Assembly (NCBI GenBank): GCA_030651035.1
Contig: JAUSCK010000173.1
Location: 4,177-68,176, forward strand
Length of the DNA stretch: 64,000 nucleotides
DNA from: Elusimicrobiota bacterium
GTDB lineage: Bacteria; Elusimicrobiota; Elusimicrobia; Elusimicrobiales; UBA9959
Direction of reading: 5' to 3'
The position numbers and the translations under genes are program-made. The notes beneath the pieces are model-generated. The model searched no databases and was not told the origin of the DNA. It worked only from the letters and a program-made list of their open reading frames with translations. Positions 44,001 to 51,400 of the stretch are shown piece by piece. How positions within the stretch are numbered: position 1 is the stretch's first letter; every line of letters starts with the position of its first letter.

Positions 44001-45435
44001 TTTCAGTGAGCAGCGGGAGCTCTTCTACCCGGGCCGTCAGATCGGAGTGCATGCTTTCCAGCAAGTTAATGTAGCTCCCGGCCATCCGTTCTATCGTTGA
44101 ACTATCAAACAGGCTGGTACTGTATTCAAACGAGGCGTCGACTCCGTCCGTCCCCTGGAGCAGATCAAGCTCCAGGTCAGCTTTAGTGGTGCGGCTTACG
44201 GCCGGCAGGGGCGAAATATCCAGCCCGCTCATTTTTATAGCGGAGCCGGGTGATACCTGGTAATTGAATAGAACCTGGAACACCGGCATCTTACTGGGAT
44301 CACGGACGGGATTAAGCGCCCTGACGACAAGTTCGAACGGGCAATCCTGGTATTCGAGGGCATTAAGAATTCTTTCCCTGGAACTATCCAGCGCCGCTTG
44401 TACCGTCATGTCATCCGTAAAATCAGCGCGTACGGCTACCGGATTAATTAATGGCCCGATGATCCGCTCTGTCCCTTTCAGGCCCCTGTTCGCGGAGGGA
44501 ATGCCGACCGCGAAGGTGTTTTGATCTGTATATCTATGAAGTAATATTTGAAATCCGGTAAAAAAAACGCCAAATGGAGTAGCTCCCGCTTTCTGTCCGG
44601 ATAATGCCAGCGCCCGGACAAGTGATTGCGGGAGTTTAAAGTTGAAACGGTTCCCCGCGGTCGATAGCTTCGCCGGACGCGGGAAATCAACGGGAAGTTC
44701 CAGTGACTCGGTCCTGTGTAATTCTTTTTGCCAGTAAGTCAGGTGTGAGGCCCAGGAATTCTCGGCCAAGCGCCGGTGCTGCCAATTAGCGAACTCTGAA
44801 AGCTGACGCCCCGCTTGCGGCAGGTCAGGCGCGCGCCGGCTTAGAAAAGCATTATAGGATTCGGCTATTTCCTCTAAAAATACATAAAAAGACCAGCCGT
44901 CAGAGATCAGGTGGTGCATTACTATGTGTAAAAAAGCGGAATTCTCCGAGTTATTGAAGACGAATATCCGGGCAAGCGGGGCCAGGCCCAGATCGAAGGT
45001 CCTTTGCGTTTCTTCCAGCATGCGGGCATTGATAGTCTCCTCGCCAGTTTGCCCGGGATGATCTTCTATGGCGGCTGAAAGCCTTACAACTTCCTGCAGC
45101 TCGGGACGCCAAATTCCCCGTTCATTGAAAAAAGCCGTCCTAAAAGCTTCATGCCGTGCGGCCACGTTCTGTATCGCGAGATTTAAGGCCTCAATATCCA
45201 GTTTGCCGTTGAGCCGGAGAGATACGGGAATATTGTAGGAAGCGTTCCCCGGGTTCAGGCTTTCCGAGAAACAGATCTGCTCCTGCATAAAGCAAAGTTT
45301 TGGGCGGCCGCTCTTAAGCGGGGTTCCGTCCAGGCCTGGATTCCTCCGCTCGCCGGATTTCTTCGCGCGCAGCAGTTCGAAGAGTTTCTGCTTCTCTTTG
45401 CTTAGCGATTTAAAACGGTCGGCTTTGTCGGGCAT
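38083..45435 (-). CDS. NRPS, two modules plus thioesterase: C-A-T-C-A-T-TE
   Basis: The C domains have HHLISDGWS and HHHAILDGWS. The A domains have YTSGTTGRPKG/NLYGPTE and YTSGSTGSPKG/NLYGPTE. The T domains have GGDSIRT and GGNSLLA. The TE has GYSAGG. Start taken at ATG 45435, 1 nt after the upstream TAA. Confidence 0.93.
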   Translation of the reverse strand: MPDKADRFKSLSKEKQKLFELLRAKKSGERRNPGLDGTPLKSGRPKLCFMQEQICFSESLNPGNASYNIPVSLRLNGKLDIEALNLAIQNVAARHEAFRTAFFNERGIWRPELQEVVRLSAAIEDHPGQTGEETINARMLEETQRTFDLGLAPLARIFVFNNSENSAFLHIVMHHLISDGWSFYVFLEEIAESYNAFLSRRAPDLPQAGRQLSEFANWQHRRLAENSWASHLTYWQKELHRTESLELPVDFPRPAKLSTAGNRFNFKLPQSLVRALALSGQKAGATPFGVFFTGFQILLHRYTDQNTFAVGIPSANRGLKGTERIIGPLINPVAVRADFTDDMTVQAALDSSRERILNALEYQDCPFELVVRALNPVRDPSKMPVFQVLFNYQVSPGSAIKMSGLDISPLPAVSRTTKADLELDLLQGTDGVDASFEYSTSLFDSSTIERMAGSYINLLESMHSDLTARVEELPLLTEKEYYKITRSFNSTDTVFTGERCILDCFASQARIRPSAGATVFEGENYSYGELDRLSSLFAARLTKSGVQRGSPVGYHGERCKDLMVAVLGILKAGGAYVPLDPALPKDRIDFMIEDCAFPVIVSQTKWAASLTDFAGKLVVLDDDAWKTGITPAEPVSLADDDLAYIIYTSGTTGRPKGVRVHHGGLRNRLLWMQSEYQLTYEDRILQKTPLSFDVSIWELFWPLMSGSKLVIARPLGHTDNIYLDTIIQTERVTVLHFVPSMLQIFVEFSKGHELQNLRLVFVSGEALPYELKDRFIANFPEVKLHNLYGPTEASVDVTYWDCSQEDPDGRRILPIGRPIANTQIYILDKRKHPVPVGVHGELYIGGVGVAKGYLNRPALTAEKFIPDPFKKTGVLYRTGDLARFLPAGAIEYLGRNDFQVKIRGFRIELGEIETTLTGISGVREAVVAAETDHLGAKRLVAYVTFEKGAALTSREMSRHLADRVPVYMVPSLYIVLESMPLSSNGKIDRKALPKAADASLQETVHEYEAPRTELERRLLNIWQQVLGLPKIGIFDNIFSIGGDSIRTLRIAGLAQDQGLAVTVALILKNQSISELALAIGENKISGAEREKQSLPFELIDEETRARMPNGIEDAYPLAQLQSGMVFHLDLDPSSSLYQNVDSIHIEGPLDLELFKETLKRTVARHPVLRTSFDFTSYSEPLQLVHSRTEIPLEISDWTGLDPEDQENRINKLVELEKKRLFDISRPPLIRFLIHLRTPNSFQLTVPHHHAILDGWSLSALCVEVFWTYQRLLENRDLPIEPPAASKFRDFVRAETGSLKNSDTRKFWLRVCENSSIAKIPGDTVNSTSKFQFSEVNTVIPQPLVDGLFARAKSLQVSLKTMLLSAHVCAIAHLSGETDISTGLVTSGRLEASDGDKVLGLFLNSVPIRVRSDGGSWTELIRKVSEAELKMFPHRRFPLAEIQRLNNGEPPFETLFNFTNFHLLEELSDLPKFKIRDQRSFTRANFPFAASFDLAAAGTGKLNLSLLYDSKRYSSEKIEDIGRLYIRIMDTIVKDPGQPIGNSCLLTDRERQKVLLDFNDTGASDPAGLCLHQLFERQVLKSGGSTAIISDNRLMTYDELNRSANQLARHLQSLGVGPESLVGIAVERSLEMIVSLVAVLKAGGAYVPIDASYPADRIAYMLEDSKVKVLLTQERLLPKMPDTGAQVVCLDRDKEQWAAQNVSNPAAGVSDKDLAYVIYTSGSTGSPKGVMIQHGSLAAYMQEVVDLYDLSDSDHLFQFSSISFDGAGPEIYPPLISGAKLSIRSDRDSLVPVDLHKRFCDLGITKTFLPTAYWHQFVTSIAGQSMPMPPALKAVSIAGEAAQLNKVTLWLDRWGATTSLINLYGPTEATIGATAFKFPVNWRPEKDIVPIGTPIRKVRIYILDSNDQPTPIGVTGEIHIGGRQVARGYLNRPDLTAEKFIPDPFCKRENGRLYKTGDLGAWLPDGNIKFIGRADSQVKIRGFRIEPGEIELRLAEHPKVKEVLVVASAGQYDDRHLVAYIICKSDPVPDIKEFRTHLLKSLPDYMVPAAFVTMDSFPLNANGKVNRKALPSPDYTAKEKAYIAPRTPTEQAVSEIIKEVLGIGRISMTESFFELGGNSLLAIRVIGQCRKLFGPGISLRMLFEFPGIERFAGAIEESGGGCFSERGALIPLTIEGPGQYLICVHGAEGMPFVFRKLAVSLSDHYRVYAFQAPGLFGDRTPYLSIDEYAEHYLSEIRKLCKEAPYVLLGYSAGGVIAHEIAARAQGTAIQPKALFLIDSFLPSVLQSASIQSLFAAMSGTLSKFSPDILNDPRWTVDFYSSLSNAIKSAASTGALRVREILDSIEAFSARSPGADFAKAINLAKIYLSIVYSVSQHKAKLASVDAYIFRAKRAGSAMAQDSSGEWLNHIKGKIETMEIDAGHDALLEGNSCEEISRSLRDFIRPYLSKAGE

Positions 45436-45436
45436 T

Positions 45437-48400
45437 TTAAAGGTCCTCTTTCGATAAGAGTTCCCGCGCCTCTTCATCGGAGAGCTGTTCAAGCCGATCG
45501 AGGAGTGCTCCTTCCGCTTCCTGCACTAATTTATCCACCGCAAGCGCAAGCTCGGAGATAGTCCGCTGTTCGAAAACGACCTTTAACGGCATCTCGAGGC
45601 CGAACTCCGATTTGATCCGGGCTCGCACCCGCGAAGCCATTAAGGAGTGTCCGCCGGCGGCAAAAAAATCATCATGCTTGCCGATTTGCCCGCAGCCCAG
45701 GATCTCCTGCCAGAAAACAGCGAGCTTTTGTTCTGTGGGGGTGAACGTCGTGTCTGGTTCGGCGCGATCATTAGCTGCGGGTAATTTCTCCAGCACATGA
45801 CGGTCCACTTTCCCGTTCGCGGTGAGAGGAAAAGCTTCAAGTATTACAAGCGCCGCCGGGATCATGTGCGGCGGCAGGCACTGCTTAAGCCGCTCGCGCA
45901 GAATATCTTTATCGAGCCCGCTCTCTTTATCAGAAACCAAGTAAGCTGTAATTTTCGTGTGGCCGTCGTGCCCGGCATGAGCCAGGGCAATGGCCGCGCG
46001 CACCCCTTCCTGTTTTATCAGCACGGCTTCAATATCCCCAAGCTCAACCCGAAAGCCCCGGACCTTGACCTGGAAGTCATTGCGCCCTGTAAATTCGAGT
46101 TCGCCTTGTTCGGTGAAGCGGGCGAGGTCGCCGGTTCTGTATAAGCGCTTTCCCGGGGCCGTTGTGAACGGGTCAGGAACGAACTTTTCGGCCGTCAGGC
46201 CGGGGTGCCCGAAATAACCTCTGCAGACTCCCTCCCCGCCGATATATAACTCGCCTGTTGCCCCGCGGGGAATAGTCCGCATCTCATCGTTCAAAATATA
46301 TAACTGGGTGTTCGCGATAGGCCTGCCTATCGGGATCGCCCCTGAAGAAGGGGATGCCGCGCCGACCGTATGCGTGGAGCAGCCCACAACGGTTTCCGTC
46401 GGCCCATATTCATTGACCAGCAGCGTATCCGGCATGGCGCGCTTGAACCAATCAAGGGTCTCTGCGAGCAATTGTTCTCCGCCGATGACGAATACCCTGG
46501 CGCCCCGGGACGGGTCGCTGGCCTCCAGTGAACGGCTGAGGACCTCCAGGTGGGCCGGGGTTAATTTGACTACGGAGTAATCAGCGCCGGTACGCAACCC
46601 CGCTATAAGGGAATCAAGGGTGTCGGGTTCCGGGTGGATATGAAGTGTTTGTCCCGAAATCAACGCCCCGAAGACGGCGGTCACGGGCAGATCGTAGGAA
46701 AGCGACGAAATAAGCGGGGCGCCTTGTCCTTTATCGTAATGATAGGCAGCAATACACCAGCTCGCATAGTTTACAAGTCCGCGATGGTGGATCATCACGG
46801 CCTTTGGTTTGCCTGTGGACCCGGAAGTGAAAAGCACATAGGCAAGACTCAACGGGTGTCCTGTCTCCGGCAAATTATCTGGGGACAGGCCGGCCCAGAA
46901 ATGCGTCTCCCGGCCGATATCGATGATCTTGTTCGCTTCCGGCAGGATTGAAATAACGTCCCCGAGGGCAAGTACCGTTTTGATCCCGGTATCCTCAAGT
47001 ATCGTTTTGATCCGCTCTTCAGGCAGCGCGGGATCTATAGGGGCGTAAGCGGCTCCGGTTTTCAGGACCGCTAATATCGAAAGGATAGAATCTATGCCTC
47101 TTGCCTGGCAAATCCCTACGATCTGGCCAGGTCCTGACCCTAACGAGCGTAAATAATGAGCGAGCCGATTCGCTTTAGCATTTAACTCGGAGAACGTGAG
47201 CCGAACACCACCGGCCGCAAGCGCGGTCGCTCCAGGAGCCAGGGCCGCTTTGTCCTGAAACAGGGAAATTATGGTGGATTCTGAAGGAAAAGAGGAGCGA
47301 GTATCATTGAAAGTCCTGAGCTGCCATTCTGATTCCTTCTCGTCATTTATCTCCAGGCCGGCCAAAGGCCGCTTGGGGAAAGCACACAGGGTTTTCAGGA
47401 TCCGCTTATAATTCGACAGCAATCGGTCGATGACCCAGGCCGGGTAACTATCGCACCGATACTGCAGATCCACGCTGATAGCCGCGCCCGGAATGATAAC
47501 GACTGATAACGGGAATTCGGTGCTTTCCCGCCACTCAACCCCGCATACGCTGAATCCGCCGCTGTTCCCGTTAATTAAATCGCTGACCGGGTAGTTCTCG
47601 AACGCAATAATGCTCTCAAACAGACCCGTTCCGCGGGCGGTGCCGGACCAGTTTTGAATGTCAATAAGCGAGCAATGGGAATGCGGAAGCATCCCTACAA
47701 TGCTTGATTGAACCGTTTGCAGCCATTGGTGGCAGTCCAGCCCCTTGTCAATGTTAAGCCGCAATGGCAGCGTGTTTATAAAAGGACCGGCAACAGGATC
47801 CCCTGTTAACAATTCAGCCGGCCTGGTCGAGACGATCGTCCCGAAGCAGACGTCATTCCGCCCGCAGTACTGGGAAAGCAAAAGGCCCCAGGCGCCCTGG
47901 AAAACCGTGTTCAGCGTCACCCTGGCGTTTTTTGCCAGCGTATTTAAAGCTGCACATTCAGCGGGGTCCAGCTTGAGGGAAACTTTTCCGTGCCCTGAAG
48001 CCAAACCATTCGTTACGGTTTTCTTTTCAAGCTCGATCCCGAACTTCGCAGGATTAACAAGGCCGGCCAGGGCCGACTGCCAGAAAGCTCTGGAGGAATC
48101 GGTCCGGCGTTCGGCTAGCCAGTTAAGGTATGTTGAGAAGGATCTGGATGGAATAGGCGTTGATACGGAATGACCCTGTTCGGAAACGTAGGCTGAAAAC
48201 AGGTCTTTTAGAACGATCCCTACGGACCAGCCGTCCAAAATGAGATGATGATGTGTCCAGATAAAATAGTGGCTGCGATCGTCCAGCTTTATGAGGGCGC
48301 CCCGCATAAGCGGAGCCTTGGACAGGTCGAAATCCGTGAGGCGGTCGGTTTTAAGGAATTCTTCGAGCTGTCGGGCGTGCAGGGTTTTGTCGACGCCGCT

Positions 48401-51400
48401 CCAGTCCAGCCCGGAAACAGGCATGCGTACGCCTTCCCTCACAATGGCCCGCGTATGACCGGTCTCATTCGTGATGAACGCCGATCGCAGGACCGCGTGG
48501 GCATCCATTATTTTAGCCCAGGCGCGGATAAACGCGGCTCTGTCAAAATTGCCTTCAAACCGGCAGGCCATCTGCATTATGTAAATACCTGAATTCGGCG
48601 CCAGATTGCTTTCGAACATCATGCCCTCTTGCACCGAGGTGAGGGGCCATTCCTGACGGTCAGCGCCGGCATTTATTTTACGGATGCCTGAGAGCGAGCC
48701 CCGCATTTGTTCCAATAATTCAGTTATGTCTTTTTTTTCGTGCAGAACCGTCCCGTATTTTATCGAAGTAGAAAGGATCCCCTCCCGGACTTCGCCGGAA
48801 ACATCCAGGTCATGACTGCGAATAGCGTTAGGGTCCGTAAGCGGGTCCATTTCGCCGCGAACCAGGCTGAAAATAGCTTTATTATTCCCAGCGTCAAAAT
48901 TCCCCAGGTAATTAAAGCAAATGGAGGGGTTTGGGGCGGTTTCAAGGCCGCTTTGGGCTCCGTCCTGCCAGTAAGCAAGAATAGCCCGGAAGCCGATGCC
49001 CGAATGGGGGACCGTTCTTAAAGCGGAAACGACTCTTTGAAGCATAACCTCAAGGTCCGGGGCTCCGCGGGCGTCAAGGGCTACAGGATACAGGCTGGAA
49101 AACCAGCCAACTGTCCGTGAGAAGTCGTCCGCGGACCCGACCGGGTCGCGCCCGTGGCCTTCAACGTCCAGATAGACAAGATCAATACCGAGCCGACGGG
49201 ATAATTCAAGGGCAAAAACGGCAAGAACGACGTCTCCCATGCTGGCGCGGTGTAACTCGGCCATTTTCTGGAGGGCCGCCGTTTCCTCCGGACCGACGGA
49301 GATGGTTTCTGTCGCCGATAATATTTCAGAGTTGGGGCTGGAAGCCCTTTGGGACCGGGAACCGCCGCGGCCCGCCGTTATCCGGCTCCAGTACTCGATC
49401 TCGCTCCGTTCCGGCTTGCTGTATATCTTTGCAAGGTTTGTCGTCCATGAGAGGAAATTTGCGCCCGGCGCCGGCAAGAAGACCTGTTTACCGGTCGTTA
49501 ATTGCTCGTAAACGGTCTGGATATCTTCCGCGATTATCCGCAGAGAGACGGCATCGGCGACCAGATGGTGAACCGTCAGGAACAAAAATGACGATCCCTG
49601 CCGGCCGCCTTCGAAAAGTATAGCGCCCGAGACCGGGCCTTGTTCTATATCCAGGGACTTCGCAAGGCGCGCGCGCGCAAGCTTCCTCTGTTCAGCGGCT
49701 TTATCCGGGGTTATTTTTGAGTGGTCGATCCTCTGTACGCAGAGCTGCTCCGTCCCCGCGTGCGACACATGCTGGGTCCATAGGCTGCCGGGCCGGTCAA
49801 ACCGGAGTTTGAGCGCGTCGTGGTGCTGAAATACATACTGGATGGCTTCCGAGAGCTTGTCCGGGTCGACAGCGTTCTGAACGGCAAGTGTGAGCGACAG
49901 ATTCCAATGATCACGTTCAACCTGCTCATGAGAGAAAAACCAATGCTGCAACGGAGAGAGGGGACCTTCGGAAGGCCTGAAGCCGGGAGCGGAAACAAGC
50001 TTTTCAAGTTTAGCGGAAGCGATTTTCGCCTGAGCCGCGATAGTGGGATTCTCCATGAGCTCTTTGAACGTAAGATGGATGTCTAATTTTATAAGACGCG
50101 AGACCGCCTGCATAGAGACTATTGAATCAACGCCCAGTTCGAAAAGATCCGCGTCCGCTCGAAACGGATCACGATTGAGGAGGTTGCTCCAGACGCCCGC
50201 GATCTTTTCTTCAAGCGGATTTACGAAACCGGGGGCCTGTCCGGGAGCGCTTTCGAACTTGGGAGGAGGCAGCTGCCGGCGGTCGATCTTGCCGTTCGGG
50301 GACAGCGGAATTGAGCCGAGGAAAACGAATACCGCCGGCACCATATAATCCGGCAAAGTTTTCGCGAGCTGGGTTTTGAGCAATGCGGATAGCTGGCCCT
50401 TGTCTATACGGAGGGGAGCGCTCGCCCAGTATTTCATCCGTTTCTGGAATTCAATTTTGTCCGGAACGGCCGGCCTTGCGGCCGAATAATTCCCGCTTTT
50501 TTTAAATAGCGCGTTTACGCTGCCGGCATGACCGGCCCCGCCCCAATTGACCTCTACTTTATAACCGAGAGATTCGCCCAGCTGCCAAAGTTCCGCGGGG
50601 TCAAAATGTTTCAGGGCGGGCCGGAGATCCGCTTCGGCAAGCAGTTTGCAGGCTGTCGTGGACGGAGGAAGAAGATCTGAAAGCCGGGAACATTCCAGCG
50701 GCACACGCAGGCGGGTGTTGGGGATCCCCTGCACTAAAACATTACGGGGGTTCCGGCTTCGCAGCGCCCGCGCGACAGGCTCCAGGGAATCATTGCCGCT
50801 AAAGTCCGGCAAGACCTCCGGTGACGGCTCAGCCGTGGCGGGGCCTTTGGTCAGTAATACATCGTAGCGGAATTGGGTCAGCTCATTCAGATGAGATGAA
50901 GATTTAACGCTAATATCGATACTGCCGATCTCAGGGAACCGCACGGACAATGATTCAAAAAAAGCCGGGCTTACGAACAGTTCGGTTTCATTAACAGCGT
51001 CTATCTCCGCCAGGGCCTTTATCTGGCTGACAGGCGTACCAGGGGCGGCCCGCCTGGCCCGGGAGTATAAATAAAATACGGAAGCAAGGTCGAAGTTCCT
51101 TACATCGCCTATAAAAACATGCCCGCCGGGAGTCAGCAAAGCCAGCGATTTTTCTATGACCTCCAGAAGATATTCAACGGTCGGGAAGTACTGGGCGACT
51201 GAATTGATCACTATCGTATCGTAACGCATGCCCGGCAATCCGGATATCTCATGCGCCATTCTTTTTTCCAGCGTGACCCGATCTTTAAAGCTTGTTTTAG
51301 CCAGATGCTCCCCGATCCTGTTTATCCCTATGATAGAGGCGTCGATCCCGTGATAAGAATTAATCAGGGGAGCAATTTTATAAAGCAGCAACCCCGTGCC